From Alphaproteobacteria bacterium UBA6411 (GTDB lineage Bacteria > Pseudomonadota > Alphaproteobacteria > CAAGCB01 > CAG-977): DNA of 64,000 nucleotides. Below the pieces are notes generated by a model that was given only the letters and a program-made list of their open reading frames with translations, searched no databases and was not told the origin of the DNA. The stretch is taken from assembly GCA_002438565.1 (NCBI GenBank), contig DJPN01000006.1, forward strand, positions 8,544-72,543, written 5' to 3'. The position numbers were made by a program, and so were the translations under genes. This document shows, piece by piece, positions 9,627-20,463 of the stretch. The stretch's first letter is position 1. Each line of letters starts with the position of its first letter.

Positions 9627-10592
9627 ATGGCTAAAAACGATGATTGGGATGCCGACGATTTGGACGACGAAATCGAAAACGGCAACAGCGGCGATACGGC
9701 GGACGCCGAGGATTCGGCGCGATCCAGACGGCTGCTTTTCGGCGCTTTGAAAATCATCGTTTCGCTGGCTTTGCTGGGCGGCGCGGCGGTGTTCCTGTTC
9801 GCCCCCGAAAAAATACCCGCACCGGTGATGAACAAGCTTAAACAAGCCTCCCCCGTCGTCAAGCAGGCAAGGCATCGCGTCGAATCGGTCATTTCCAAAA
9901 TAACGGACGGCGACAAACCGACCGCCCCCGCGCCGGCGGCGGTCGCGCCAGTTTCCAAACCGCCTGTCAATTTTGCACAAAAACGCACCGCGCCTGCGGA
10001 GCAAAGCCCTGCCGCTTCCGAAGTCAAAGAAACGGCTCCGCTTCAAAACAGCACTCCTCAGCCGCAACAAAAACGGTTTAATTTGCGCGGTTACGGGAAA
10101 ATTCCCGATTTGCTGACGGCGATTGCCGGCAATCCGTCTTTAAAAGACACTTTGCTGAAAGCGGACGTCTACACCTTTGAACAACTGCCGAAATTGCGTC
10201 CGTTCGTTCAATCGTTCATTTTGCAATGGGCGCAGGCCGATTCCCCCGAAGCCGTTGAACAATTGGCGGGTGTTCCGTTCAAAACGTTTGAAAACCAGGT
10301 TTTGGTCGAATTGTTGCCCTTTACGACGTTCAGACGCGCGAAACTGACGCCGTCTTATGACGCGAATTTGATAAAAGAAACGCCGACGGACGCCGCCAGC
10401 ACGCTGTTCATGTATCTGAAGCCGATTGTCGACGAACAGCAGACGACGCAGGAAAAATTGGCTTTTGTCGAACCCGTGTCCACCTTTTTGCTGTATCGCT
10501 GCGGGCGGGACGCCGATTGTCTGGCGTCGTGGGACCTGCTGCTTGACATGCTGGATTTGTCCGATTACAAGGATCAGCTGAAACAATGGTGA
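9627..10592 (+). CDS. Hypothetical protein: acidic N-terminus, one predicted TM helix, Pro/Ala-rich linker and a conserved C-terminal domain
   Basis: ORF with a GAAAGG SD. Segments include MAKNDDWDADDLDDEIENG.., LLFGALKIIVSLALLGGAAVFLF, PAPAAVAPVSKPP. The stop overlaps the next gene's ATG (ATGGTGA). Confidence 0.55.
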   Translation: MAKNDDWDADDLDDEIENGNSGDTADAEDSARSRRLLFGALKIIVSLALLGGAAVFLFAPEKIPAPVMNKLKQASPVVKQARHRVESVISKITDGDKPTAPAPAAVAPVSKPPVNFAQKRTAPAEQSPAASEVKETAPLQNSTPQPQQKRFNLRGYGKIPDLLTAIAGNPSLKDTLLKADVYTFEQLPKLRPFVQSFILQWAQADSPEAVEQLAGVPFKTFENQVLVELLPFTTFRRAKLTPSYDANLIKETPTDAASTLFMYLKPIVDEQQTTQEKLAFVEPVSTFLLYRCGRDADCLASWDLLLDMLDLSDYKDQLKQW

Positions 10593-12436
10593 ATTTCCGC
10601 GACTTCCTTTGGCGCGTAAAAATCGGTGTTCTGAGCAGAACGGCCGCCTTAAAGGCTAAAACGGCCCGTTTTACCGAACGGATGAAACGCTTTTCAATCC
10701 GCCAAAGCATTCGCGAATGTTTTCCCGCCGCAAAAGATTTTCTGAGCCAAACGCCATCGACGCTTTTATTGTGGACATCCCAAGCGAAAAACGGACGGTT
10801 GCGTTTGTTTTTGCTGTTCGCTTTACTGTCCGTTTTGTTCGGTCTGGCGGCCAAGCCGCTGTATTTTATCGCAAACGACGGGTTTGTGTCGTTCCGTTAT
10901 GTGGCGCAAGCCGTTGACGGGAACGGTTTTGTTTGGAATCCGCCGCCGTTTGAACCCGTCAACGGGTATTCTGGCTTTGTATGGCTGATTTGCTTGCGCG
11001 TTTTGTGGCTTTTAGGCATACAGCCGCCGCTTTCCGCCGATTTGCTGAGCTTTGCATTTTCCATGGGAGGCGTTGCTTTCGGCTTTTTGTTTCTGCGGCG
11101 CATGCCCATGTTTTCAAACCTGCAGGCAAAAAGTCTGTTTCTGTTTTTGCTGTATTGCTTGATTTTACTGACAAATAAAACATTTTTGATGTTTTTCTGG
11201 TCGGGAACGGAAACGGCGCTGTTTAATTTTTTGGTCATGTGGTGGACCTATGCCGTTACGGACAGGAACAAGCATCCCGTCGGACAAGCGTTGATTGCCG
11301 TTCTGTTGGCTTTGACACGGTGGGACGGTGTTCTGTTTTTGCCGTTTGCACTGATTGTCGCCCTGTTTTCGTTCAAAGAATCCAAAATGCGGACTTTGCT
11401 TGCACTGGCGGTTTTGGGAACGCCATGGTTTTACGTCGAATATGCCGAGAAAAGATACGGTTCCGCAATTCCGCTGAGCTTTACGGCTTTTCACAAAGAT
11501 TTAATGCCGTTCGGGCTGGATTACATCGGCAGTTTCGCTGTTGAATACGCCCTATGGTTTTGGCTGGCTTTCGCTGCGGTTTGGGCTGGCTTCAAAATCT
11601 TGCGCCATAAAACGGCGGATTTGCTTTTTCCCGCTTTGCTCTGTTCATTTTTCGTCATTTATGTCGGAACATACACGGCGTTAATGGGCGCGGACGTTTT
11701 GGGATACCGCCCCCTGTCGTATTTGATTCCGCTGATTGCCGTCGGCGCGTTTCGGATACTGACGGCCAATATCACAAAAAAAATGCAAACGGTTACCGTT
11801 GTCATTGGAATTTATTTGCTTGCCGCGACAGCAATCCCTTTGGCGCAAAGCAAACTGACGCGCGATTTGACGACGCGCCGGCAAACGGCGTTTTTGTATA
11901 AACCCCTGTCGCGGGAACACCGGCATTTTTACACTTTTTTTGCCGATTACTGGAACAAAGCTCAAAAACGACTGATTTATCAAGGCGCGGCTTTGCGGCA
12001 CAAAGAACACCAAGCGTTTTTCATCGGGTTGAAAAACAGCCTGCCGACCCGCGAGGAAGGCAAACTTTTGAAACCCGAATACAGGCGGCTGATGGCGTGG
12101 GATTTTGCGGGGCAAATCGCATGGACATTCCCGTACGTTTATATTCTGGACACGTCGGGACAAAACGATTTGTTTGCTTCAAAAGCCGATTTCAAATACG
12201 CCTCCAGACGGCTGCTGGGACACGAAAGAAACGTTCCCCCCGGCTATGCGGATTGTTTCGGGGGCAATACTTTGTTGATTACACCGTTTGACAACACGCC
12301 CGACGTGCGATACGTTCCCGCCCCCTTTCCTCTGACGGACGGCGTAATTACAGGGTGTGAGAAACTCTGGCATTATCAAGGGAAACTGGCGGAATTCAAG
12401 CGCAATCCCGTTTTACGCAATCCCCAAAAGCCTTAA
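10586..12436 (+). CDS. Large polytopic inner-membrane protein, possibly a GT-C-fold glycosyl/arabinosyl transferase-like protein. Start uncertain; an internal start near MKRFS is possible.
   Basis: 616 aa with at least 10 hydrophobic helices and a large C-terminal soluble domain. Translationally coupled to the upstream ORF. No confident family assignment from sequence alone. Confidence 0.5.
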   Translation: MVNFRDFLWRVKIGVLSRTAALKAKTARFTERMKRFSIRQSIRECFPAAKDFLSQTPSTLLLWTSQAKNGRLRLFLLFALLSVLFGLAAKPLYFIANDGFVSFRYVAQAVDGNGFVWNPPPFEPVNGYSGFVWLICLRVLWLLGIQPPLSADLLSFAFSMGGVAFGFLFLRRMPMFSNLQAKSLFLFLLYCLILLTNKTFLMFFWSGTETALFNFLVMWWTYAVTDRNKHPVGQALIAVLLALTRWDGVLFLPFALIVALFSFKESKMRTLLALAVLGTPWFYVEYAEKRYGSAIPLSFTAFHKDLMPFGLDYIGSFAVEYALWFWLAFAAVWAGFKILRHKTADLLFPALLCSFFVIYVGTYTALMGADVLGYRPLSYLIPLIAVGAFRILTANITKKMQTVTVVIGIYLLAATAIPLAQSKLTRDLTTRRQTAFLYKPLSREHRHFYTFFADYWNKAQKRLIYQGAALRHKEHQAFFIGLKNSLPTREEGKLLKPEYRRLMAWDFAGQIAWTFPYVYILDTSGQNDLFASKADFKYASRRLLGHERNVPPGYADCFGGNTLLITPFDNTPDVRYVPAPFPLTDGVITGCEKLWHYQGKLAEFKRNPVLRNPQKP

Positions 12437-13779
12437 ACCTTGCTTTTCAGCATTTCGGCAACCAGAAAAGCCAGTTCCAGCGACTGGTTCGCGTTCAGAC
12501 GCGGGTCGCACAGCGTGCTGTAACGCTGCCCGAGCGTTTCTTCTGTAATCGCCTGCGCGCCGCCGACACATTCCGTTACATCCTGCCCCGTCATTTCAAA
12601 GTGCAAACCGCCCGCGTAAGTTCCCTCGGCTTTATGAACGGCGAAAAAGTTCTTCACTTCTTCCAAAATCGCATTGAAATCGCGGGTTTTGTAGCCGTTC
12701 GACGCAACTTGTGTATTGGCGTGCATCGGGTCGCAAGACCAAACGACTTGGTAGCCTTCGCGTTCAACCGCGCGAATCAGCGGCGGCAGTTTTTCGGCAA
12801 CTTTGTGCCGTCCCATGCGGATAATCAAAGTCAACCTGCCCGCTTCGTTCAACGGGTTCAGAATATCGCACAGCCGCAGCAAATCGTCGGTTTGAACATT
12901 GGAGCCGACCTTGACGCCTATCGGATTGGATATGCCGCGCGCAAATTCCACGTGCGCCCCGTTCGGATCGCGCGTGCGTTCGCCAATCCAAAGCATATGC
13001 GCCGAACAATCGTACCAGTCCCCCGTTGACGAATCGACGCGGGTCAAAGCCTCTTCAAACGGCAAAAGCAGAGCTTCGTGCGATGTGTAAAAAGGAGTTT
13101 CGCGCACCAGAGGAACAGTTGCCGCAGAAATGCCGCACGCCGTCATAAAATCCAACGTTTCGCTGATTCTTTCCGAAAAACGGCGATACTGTTCGCCCTG
13201 CAAAGAATTGGCGACAAAGCCCAAATTCCATTCCTGCACTTTGTTCAAATCGGCAAAACCGCCCTGCGAAAACGCACGCAGCAGGTTCAGCGTCGCCGAT
13301 GCGTGATGATACGCCTGCAGCATCCGTTCGGGCTGAGCCGCGCGGGATTCGGGGGTGAATTCGATGCCGTTGATGTTGTCGCCCTTGTACGACGGCAAAG
13401 TTACACCGTTGATTGTTTCAAACGCAGACGATCGGGGTTTGGCAAACTGTCCAGCCATACGTCCGACTTTAACGACGGGACGGGCCGCGCCATACATTAA
13501 AACGACCGCCATTTGCAGCAAAATGCGGAACATGTCGCGGATATTGTTTGCACCGAAGTCCTCAAAACTTTCCGCGCAATCACCGCCTTGCAGCAGAAAC
13601 GCTTTACCGTTCGCGACTTCACCCAGCGATTTTTTCAACCGTATGGATTCTTCCGCAAAAACCAAAGGCGGATACTTATGAAGCTTTTGTTCCACCTGTT
13701 TCAGCAAATTTTCGTCATTGTATTCCGGTAAATGCGCCGCGGGCTTTGAACGCCATGAATCGGGCAGCCATTCTTCCAT
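12433..13779 (-). CDS. 3-deoxy-D-arabino-heptulosonate-7-phosphate synthase, class II (plant-like AroAII)
   Basis: 448 aa. Class II DAHP synthase hallmarks (..LPEYNDENL.., ..[11 protein letters not shown].., ..KPRSS..). Its length also fits the about 450-aa class II type. Confidence 0.9.
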   Translation of the reverse strand: MEEWLPDSWRSKPAAHLPEYNDENLLKQVEQKLHKYPPLVFAEESIRLKKSLGEVANGKAFLLQGGDCAESFEDFGANNIRDMFRILLQMAVVLMYGAARPVVKVGRMAGQFAKPRSSAFETINGVTLPSYKGDNINGIEFTPESRAAQPERMLQAYHHASATLNLLRAFSQGGFADLNKVQEWNLGFVANSLQGEQYRRFSERISETLDFMTACGISAATVPLVRETPFYTSHEALLLPFEEALTRVDSSTGDWYDCSAHMLWIGERTRDPNGAHVEFARGISNPIGVKVGSNVQTDDLLRLCDILNPLNEAGRLTLIIRMGRHKVAEKLPPLIRAVEREGYQVVWSCDPMHANTQVASNGYKTRDFNAILEEVKNFFAVHKAEGTYAGGLHFEMTGQDVTECVGGAQAITEETLGQRYSTLCDPRLNANQSLELAFLVAEMLKSKV

Positions 13780-13826
13780 CGTGTTGTACCCTCGCCTTAT
13801 AAAAACGTTATCCGCGTTTATATGCT

Positions 13827-14396
13827 TTATTGCGCGCTTTGACCAGATTTATTTTCCAGCCGTTCCAACAGGATTTTATTTTGTTCTTCAATCTCTTTTT
13901 CCAGCTTCAGCCGTTCTTGACGCGCCTGCTCCATCAAAGCTTTTGCGTCAACAGGAACGGCATCGGAGGACGGCAAGCCGTCAAACTGTTTGAACCGTTC
14001 CTGCAGATATTTGTCTTCAATCAGTTTTTCAAACAATTCCTTTTCCGCTTTTTCGTCAATCGGCGGCAAAGAAAACGGTGGCGTAAAATCGGGCGGCAGG
14101 TATTCGTTCCCCGTTACTTTTCCCCAAACGACGCGCGCATCGCACCACGCGGTTTGATAAGCGCACGACGTCAAGCGCGCCATTTTGCGGACGGACAAAT
14201 CCTGTGTCAATTCATCCCCCATGCAAACAAACAGCCGCGCGCCGCATCCTTTGAAAGAACCGTCTTTGGACGTCAGCACAAAAAAAGCCAACATTCCCAA
14301 TACAATCAACAGAAGCGCGGCAGGAAACCACAGCGTAAAGACATACTTTACACTTTTTTTTAAATTCCGCGCAATTCTGATGATTTTTTCTTTCAT
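13827..14396 (-). CDS. Hypothetical bitopic membrane protein with a C-terminal coiled-coil
   Basis: 189 aa. One TM helix ([22 protein letters not shown]). C-terminus rich in E/K/L heptads. Confidence 0.5.
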   Translation of the reverse strand: MKEKIIRIARNLKKSVKYVFTLWFPAALLLIVLGMLAFFVLTSKDGSFKGCGARLFVCMGDELTQDLSVRKMARLTSCAYQTAWCDARVVWGKVTGNEYLPPDFTPPFSLPPIDEKAEKELFEKLIEDKYLQERFKQFDGLPSSDAVPVDAKALMEQARQERLKLEKEIEEQNKILLERLENKSGQSAQ

Positions 14397-14405
14397 TCCC
14401 GCTCC

Positions 14406-16232
14406 TTATTCCACCGTCACGCTTTTTGCCAGATTGCGCGGCTGGTCAACGTCCGTTCCCTTCGCGACAGCTGTATGATACGCCAGCAGCTGAACGGGAA
14501 TGGCGTACAAAATCGGCGCAACGAACGAATCGACCGTCGGCAGGATAATCGTCGCCGCCGAACGGTCTTTGACCGTGCCGACGCCGTCTTTGTCGCCAAA
14601 GAAAACAACCTTGCCGCCGCGCGCCATGACTTCCTGCATATTGGAAATCGTTTTGCCGAACAGTTCATCCGTCGGGGCAACGACCACCACGGGGACTTCG
14701 TCGTCAATCAAGGCAATCGGCCCGTGTTTCATTTCGCCCGCGGCGTATCCTTCGGCGTGGATGTAGGAAATTTCCTTGAGCTTCAGTGCGCCCTCCAAAG
14801 CAATCGGATAGCTGCTGCCGCGTCCCAAATACAAAACATCGTGCGCGGGAACCATCAAATTTTGGGCAATCTGCTCAATCGCTTTGTCGTTGTTCAGCAC
14901 TTCGGCGGCGCGGGACGGCACTTCAACCAAAGCGCGGGACAGGCGGCTTTCCTCGGAACGCGACAGAGTGCCTTTCGCGCGCCCCAAAGCAATCGCGAAG
15001 CACGCCAGCAAAGTCAGCTGGGTCGTAAACGCTTTTGTGGACGCGACGCCCATTTCGGGACCCGCCAAAGTTTTCAGCACGCAATCGGATTCGCGCGCCA
15101 TAGTGCTGCCCGACACGTTGACGATGGACACAATTTTCTGCCCCTGTTCCTTGCAATAACGCAAAGCCGCCAAAGTATCCGCCGTTTCGCCCGATTGGGA
15201 AATGAACAGCGACACCCCGCCCTGCTCCATTACGGGACGGCGATAGCGGAATTCAGACGCGACGTCAATGTCGACGGGAACGCGCGCAATCGCTTCAATC
15301 CAGTATTTGCCGACCATGCCCGCGTAATACGACGTGCCGCACGCCACAATCGTCAAACGCGTCATATCCTTTAAATCAAACGGCACGTTCGGCAAAGTAA
15401 TGGTGTCCATATCCTGATTTATCATCGTGTTCAGCGTGTCGCCGATAACCTGCGGCTGTTCGTAGATTTCTTTGAGCATAAAGTGGCGATAGCCGCCTTT
15501 GCCGATCATCGCGCCCGACGTCGAAGACTGCTCGACGGGACGGGACACCACTTTGTCGTTTTCGTCGTAAACCGTTGCGGACGTGTGCGTCAAAACAACC
15601 CAGTCGCCGTCTTCCAGATACATAATTTTTTGAGTCAAAGACGCCAAAGCCAAAGCGTCGGAGCCGAGGAACATTTCCCCGTCGCCAAAACCGACCGCCA
15701 AGGGGGCGCCTTTGCGCGCGCCGATGAGGATGTCTTCGCGTCCCGCAAAAATAATCGCCAAAGCAAACGCGCCGTTCAGCCGCTTCAAAGACTGCGCGAC
15801 CGCCGTCTGCGGGTCAAGCCCTTCTTCGATTTTCTGGGAAATCAGATGAACGACGACTTCTGTATCTGTTTCGCTTTCAAAAACATGTCCCAATTCTTTC
15901 AGTTCGTCGCGCAGTTCGCGGTAGTTTTCGATAATGCCGTTATGCACGACGGCGACATACTTTGTCGCGTGCGGGTGCGCGTTCGTTTCGTTCGGAACGC
16001 CGTGCGTCGCCCAGCGGGTGTGCCCGATTCCGATTGTCCCCGTCAGCGGATTTTCGGCGATTTTCTTTTCCAAGTTGACGATTTTTCCCTTGGCGCGGCG
16101 GCGTTCGATTTTGCCGTCAACCAAAGTCGCAACCCCTGCGGAATCGTACCCGCGGTATTCCAGCCGTTTCAGCCCGTCAATCAATAACGGGGTGACTTGT
16201 CTGTTCGATATAATGCCTACAATGCCGCACAT
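14406..16232 (-). CDS. glmS: Glutamine--fructose-6-phosphate aminotransferase
   Basis: 608 aa. N-terminal MCGIVG Ntn-glutaminase domain and two SIS domains. Confidence 0.95.
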   Translation of the reverse strand: MCGIVGIISNRQVTPLLIDGLKRLEYRGYDSAGVATLVDGKIERRRAKGKIVNLEKKIAENPLTGTIGIGHTRWATHGVPNETNAHPHATKYVAVVHNGIIENYRELRDELKELGHVFESETDTEVVVHLISQKIEEGLDPQTAVAQSLKRLNGAFALAIIFAGREDILIGARKGAPLAVGFGDGEMFLGSDALALASLTQKIMYLEDGDWVVLTHTSATVYDENDKVVSRPVEQSSTSGAMIGKGGYRHFMLKEIYEQPQVIGDTLNTMINQDMDTITLPNVPFDLKDMTRLTIVACGTSYYAGMVGKYWIEAIARVPVDIDVASEFRYRRPVMEQGGVSLFISQSGETADTLAALRYCKEQGQKIVSIVNVSGSTMARESDCVLKTLAGPEMGVASTKAFTTQLTLLACFAIALGRAKGTLSRSEESRLSRALVEVPSRAAEVLNNDKAIEQIAQNLMVPAHDVLYLGRGSSYPIALEGALKLKEISYIHAEGYAAGEMKHGPIALIDDEVPVVVVAPTDELFGKTISNMQEVMARGGKVVFFGDKDGVGTVKDRSAATIILPTVDSFVAPILYAIPVQLLAYHTAVAKGTDVDQPRNLAKSVTVE

Positions 16233-16245
16233 GGTTGTTTTTTCC

Positions 16246-17592
16246 TTATTTCTTCAAAGATTCTTTTAACGCTTTTTTCTGTTCGCGGAATTTTTCCGCC
16301 CAGCCGTCCAACACCGTTTGCTTGCCGCGCGCGACAGCCATGGCGTTTTTGCCGACCGTTTTAGTAATGACAGACCCCGCCGCCGTCATCGCGCCGTCCT
16401 CGATGGTGCAAGGCGCGACGATAATCGTATTTGACCCGATGAAAGCCCCCGCGCCGATGTCCGTTTTCGATTTGAAATAACCATCGTAGTTGCAGGTAAT
16501 CGTCCCTGCGCCGATATTGGTTTTAGCCCCGATTCGCGCGTCGCCGATATAGGACAAATGGTTGACTTTCGCCCCCGATTCGATAACGGATTTCTTGATT
16601 TCCACGAAATCGCCGATATGGCAGTTTTCGCCGATGTCGGATTCGGGACGCAGGCGGGCGAACGGTCCGACTTTTGCGCACGAACGGATATGAGTGCCTT
16701 CAAAATGGCAGAATCCTTTGATTTCAACGTCGTCTTCGACAACGCATCCCGTTTCAAAGATAACGTTCGGTTCAATCACGACATCTTTGCCCAACACGGT
16801 ATCGTACGAAAAATACACCGTCTTCGGGTCAATCATGGTGACGCCTTGCGCCAAGAACTTTTCGCGCATTTCGTTTTGAACGGCCGCCTCAATTGCCGCC
16901 AAATCCGCGCGGGAATTCGCCCCCGCGACTTCCGATTCGGCACATTCGATAGCGACGGCTTTGCCCCCGTCCGCGCGCGCCAAAGCCACCAAATCGGTCA
17001 AATAGTATTCGCCCGCCGCGTTGTCATTCGTCAAGCGGTCAAGCCACCCGAACAGCTTTTCGGCGGCAATGCACATCACGCCCGAATTGCACAGGCGAAC
17101 GGCGCGTTCGGATTCGGAAGCGTCCTTGAATTCGACGATTTTTTCCAATCCGTCTTTGCCGACAATCAGCCGCCCGTAGCGCGCGGGGTCGGCGGGACAA
17201 AAGCCCAAAACAACCACATCCGCGCCGTTTTCGCGTTCGGCAATCATCGCTTCCAACGTTTCTTTGCGCACCAGCGGCGTATCGCCGTACAGCACCAAAA
17301 CGCTGCCTTTTGCACCCTGCAAAGCATCGCGCGCCGCCTTGACCGCATCGCCCGTTCCCAGCTGTTTGTGCTGAACGGCAACGGCATGCGGAGCAACCGC
17401 CTGCGCGACCTGCTCCATATTCGGGCCGACGACGACGACGGCTTTTTCGGCATGCAAAGAATCGACGGTCGCCAGCAAATGCGACACCATCGGACGCCCA
17501 GCGATTTTGTGCAGGACTTTGGGCAAAGCGGACTTCATGCGGGTTCCCTGCCCCGCCGCCAGAACGACGGCATAAATCGAATTTTCAGCCAT
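16246..17592 (-). CDS. glmU: Bifunctional UDP-GlcNAc pyrophosphorylase / GlcN-1-P acetyltransferase
   Basis: 448 aa. LAAGQGTRM nucleotidyltransferase motif and C-terminal hexapeptide-repeat (LbH) domain. Immediately upstream of glmS. Confidence 0.95.
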   Translation of the reverse strand: MAENSIYAVVLAAGQGTRMKSALPKVLHKIAGRPMVSHLLATVDSLHAEKAVVVVGPNMEQVAQAVAPHAVAVQHKQLGTGDAVKAARDALQGAKGSVLVLYGDTPLVRKETLEAMIAERENGADVVVLGFCPADPARYGRLIVGKDGLEKIVEFKDASESERAVRLCNSGVMCIAAEKLFGWLDRLTNDNAAGEYYLTDLVALARADGGKAVAIECAESEVAGANSRADLAAIEAAVQNEMREKFLAQGVTMIDPKTVYFSYDTVLGKDVVIEPNVIFETGCVVEDDVEIKGFCHFEGTHIRSCAKVGPFARLRPESDIGENCHIGDFVEIKKSVIESGAKVNHLSYIGDARIGAKTNIGAGTITCNYDGYFKSKTDIGAGAFIGSNTIIVAPCTIEDGAMTAAGSVITKTVGKNAMAVARGKQTVLDGWAEKFREQKKALKESLKK

Positions 17593-17687
17593 AAGCTTCC
17601 CTCTTTATCTTTCTGCCGAAATTTGGCATACTTAAGTTCAAATTTGAAATAAATTATGACTACATATTGTTACGGAAGTTTAAACAA

Positions 17688-18350
17688 ATGACGAAAAAGT
17701 ACCTTGTTTTCGATTTGGACGGCACGTTAATCAACTCGATTCCCGATTTGTGCCGCGAAATCGGGCTGTTTTTGCAAAAACAGGGCGAACGTCCGCTGAC
17801 CGAACCCGAAACCGTGTCGATTATCGGCAACGGCGCGCGGGTCATGCTGGCGGGCGCGTTTAAATTGGTCGGCAAAGAAACGACACCCGAACAGTTTGAA
17901 GCTTTGCTGTCCGACTGGCTGAAACAGTACGCCGAAGCCCCGATGAACCAAACGAAACCGTGGAAAAACGTCGTTAAAACGCTTGAAAAACTGAAAGCAG
18001 ATGGCTTTCAGATGGCGGTTTGCACGAACAAACCCGCCGCCCCCACCAAAGCCATTTTGCAAAAGCTGGATTTGGAAAAATACTTTGATGTTGTGTTAAG
18101 CGCGGATTCGCTTCCCGTGCGCAAACCGCGCCCCGAACCGTTGTGGGAAGCCGTTAAACGCATGGGCGGAACGAACGATAACGCCGTCATGATTGGCGAC
18201 AGCGAAGCGGATGCCGAAGCCGCCCGAAACGCAGGCTTTCCCGTTGTTCTGCTCAGCTTCGGCTACGCGCATGTTCCGTTTTCCGAAATCAAACCCGATG
18301 CCCTGATAGACGATTTCGGCGATTTGCCCGCTGTCTTGTCAAAGCTTTAA
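17688..18350 (+). CDS. gph: HAD-superfamily phosphatase, phosphoglycolate phosphatase-like
   Basis: FDLDGTL HAD motif I and a later ..GDSEADAEAA.. motif. Start moved to the ATG at 17688, which has a GGAAG SD (MTKKYLVFDLDGT..). Confidence 0.75.
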   Translation: MTKKYLVFDLDGTLINSIPDLCREIGLFLQKQGERPLTEPETVSIIGNGARVMLAGAFKLVGKETTPEQFEALLSDWLKQYAEAPMNQTKPWKNVVKTLEKLKADGFQMAVCTNKPAAPTKAILQKLDLEKYFDVVLSADSLPVRKPRPEPLWEAVKRMGGTNDNAVMIGDSEADAEAARNAGFPVVLLSFGYAHVPFSEIKPDALIDDFGDLPAVLSKL

Positions 18351-19409
18351 TTACTTGCAAATGCAATAATGCAGATATTCCGTCGTTTTGTTGGCTTGGT
18401 ATTGCCGATTGGCATCTGCTTTAAAGCGGTTGTACTCTTGTTTAAAACAGCCATATTCGCCTTTTTGCGAAAATATTTCTTGAATATCGTCCAAACTTAA
18501 CAACCCTTCATTGTTGTAGCTTAAAAAGATGTATTTCATATTTGCATTTTCGACAATATCTTTGAAAGCTTCCCTAACGCTTGATTTTGAACAGTATTGC
18601 GATTTTTGTTCTTTGTAATTCCGAAGCCCCGTTTTCCCCGAAATCACGGGATTGTCGTATTTGGCGATTGTTTCCAACAAATGATAGTTTGCGCAATACT
18701 GCCGTTCATTGTAAGGCGGATCCATATACAAAATGTCTGCTTTTATTTGTCGAATCAGCTTGTTGGCATCTTGGTTGTAAATGGAATGCTCCTTATCATT
18801 TAAAATCAATTCAACGGGCTGCATCGTCAATGCCGTCTTGGCGCTGTTTTTCAGTTTTTTCAAAAACGCACCGTATACGGATGCCGTGTTAGCCGTCTTG
18901 TCAATCGCTTCCAACAGCGTGGCAAGCAAAAAGAAATACTCGTCATCCGTAATTTTTCCACCGCTTTTCCATTCATCGATTTTCATTCTAACGGCATCGC
19001 ATTTTTTCGCGTTTTCGTCTGAAAAATACATTCGCTCAAACTCAGTTCCAACAGAACCGCCCAACGCATAGTTTTTATAAATGAACCCGGAAGTTCCTTC
19101 CAACCGTTCCAAAAAAGAGCAAACAGCCGCACTTCTGTTTTCAATCGCCATATTCGACAAAGGCAGTTCGTCTACCAATCCGTCGAACGGTAAAAGTTTG
19201 TGATTGCCAATATAATGACGGTTCAAAACATAAGCGTAATATTGAATATCATTCGCAATGATTTGATAGCCGCGGCGTTTAAAATATGTCCCTACAGCCC
19301 CCGTCCCTGCGAAAATATCACAAAAAGATTCTGCTACTTTTCCGACAACCGCATTTATCGATTCATCCAAAAACGACAGTAAACTTTTTTTGCTTCCGAT
19401 ATAGTTCAT
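18351..19409 (-). CDS. N6-adenine DNA methyltransferase, D12 class (Dam-like, alpha group)
   Basis: 352 aa. N-terminal NYIGSKKSLL.. and FAGTGAVG (motif I). MDPPY (motif IV) in the C-terminal half, the order typical of T4 Dam/DpnM-type enzymes. Low-GC gene. Confidence 0.85.
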   Translation of the reverse strand: MNYIGSKKSLLSFLDESINAVVGKVAESFCDIFAGTGAVGTYFKRRGYQIIANDIQYYAYVLNRHYIGNHKLLPFDGLVDELPLSNMAIENRSAAVCSFLERLEGTSGFIYKNYALGGSVGTEFERMYFSDENAKKCDAVRMKIDEWKSGGKITDDEYFFLLATLLEAIDKTANTASVYGAFLKKLKNSAKTALTMQPVELILNDKEHSIYNQDANKLIRQIKADILYMDPPYNERQYCANYHLLETIAKYDNPVISGKTGLRNYKEQKSQYCSKSSVREAFKDIVENANMKYIFLSYNNEGLLSLDDIQEIFSQKGEYGCFKQEYNRFKADANRQYQANKTTEYLHYCICK

Positions 19410-19412
19410 TGC

Positions 19413-20210
19413 TTACCCCGCCTTTTTCAGCAGAAAAATATATTCATGTTTGAAAATATAATAGTCACTTGCCAAAGCTCTATATCTCCAAATCGAATTT
19501 TGGTTCTTTTTTCCGCGATTGCCGTCCATATTTTTCACAATGACACTTTTCAAGGTCAATCCCTGTCGCATAGCTTCCTGCATACAGTAAAAACCCAAAG
19601 GATACCATTGCCCTACGGAATACTTATCCCCGATAACAATCGCCAAATAACGCCCTTTTTCCAGAACACTGACTACATTTTCAACCACTTTTCCGAATTG
19701 TTCCAAAAATTTAAACAACGATTCTGCATTGGACAAGTCATTCGGATTATCGCTGAATTTGACTATATCGAAATAAGGTGGATGCAAAACCGCCAGCTGC
19801 ACATTTCTGCGATTATGTTTCGTTAAAACCGCACGCACTTTGTCGGGTGTCGAACTGTCCGCACTGTCTGCTTGAAATATCTCGAAAAAATTTTCAGACG
19901 ATGCATCCGACATTTTTTGTTGAATATACGAAACCATATCCGCTTTTAAATCTATCGCAATACAATTTCTGCCCAAAGTTTCCGCTTCGTAAACCGTCGT
20001 TCCGCTTCCCACAAACGGATCCAGCACAACATCCCCCGCTTTTGTATAGCGCTTTATCAGCTGCCGCGGAATTTGCGGAACAAAGTTCCCATGATAAAAG
20101 CCGTCATTTTTGCCGGAGTTATCGCGTTTGTCGATAATCCATAAACTGTCTGTTTCAATATCCCCCAAACTTTTCCAGTTTTGCATATCGAAATCGTTAA
20201 ACTTAGGCAT
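19413..20210 (-). CDS. Second DNA amino-methyltransferase (N6-A or N4-C). Motif I LDPFVGSGTT precedes motif IV HPPY, a gamma-like order.
   Basis: 265 aa. ..HGNFVPQIPRQLIKRYTKAGDVVLDPFVGSGTTVYEAETLGRNCIAIDL.. resembles the SAM-binding block of PF01555-type methyltransferases. HPPYF lies about 70 aa later, and a C-terminal region could be the target-recognition domain. Confidence 0.7.
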   Translation of the reverse strand: MPKFNDFDMQNWKSLGDIETDSLWIIDKRDNSGKNDGFYHGNFVPQIPRQLIKRYTKAGDVVLDPFVGSGTTVYEAETLGRNCIAIDLKADMVSYIQQKMSDASSENFFEIFQADSADSSTPDKVRAVLTKHNRRNVQLAVLHPPYFDIVKFSDNPNDLSNAESLFKFLEQFGKVVENVVSVLEKGRYLAIVIGDKYSVGQWYPLGFYCMQEAMRQGLTLKSVIVKNMDGNRGKKNQNSIWRYRALASDYYIFKHEYIFLLKKAG

Positions 20211-20430
20211 CGTTTTGTTCCCCGATTTCTTTAATCAGTTCAAGCGGGCTAACCCCCAGAAAATCAGCCAATTCTTTGACATTGCTTTTAACGGGAGTAT
20301 ATTTTTCGGATAGAATGTTCGACAGCTGCGCAGGGGTAATATTCAAGCAAGCCGCCAAATCCTTTAAAGATTCCAACTGCTTTTTTGCCATTAGCTCTTT
20401 CACCTTCAATCGGTTAATCACTAATTTCAT
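20203..20430 (-). CDS. Small HTH (XRE-family) regulator in the controller (C) protein position of the R-M operon
   Basis: About 75 aa. The HTH is LESLKDLAACLNITPAQLSNILSE. GAGGG SD before the ATG at 20430. Overlaps the downstream methyltransferase start by 8 nt. Confidence 0.6.
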   Translation of the reverse strand: MKLVINRLKVKELMAKKQLESLKDLAACLNITPAQLSNILSEKYTPVKSNVKELADFLGVSPLELIKEIGEQNDA

Positions 20431-20463
20431 TTTTACCCTCGGCAAATCAAAAATTCAAGTATT

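Noticed and set aside
20431-20463. C-box operator upstream of the controller gene
   Set aside because: The 33-nt spacer (AATACTTGAATTTTTGATTTGCCGAGGGTAAAA on the coding strand) shows no convincing GACT...AGTC-type dyad, so no C-box is annotated.
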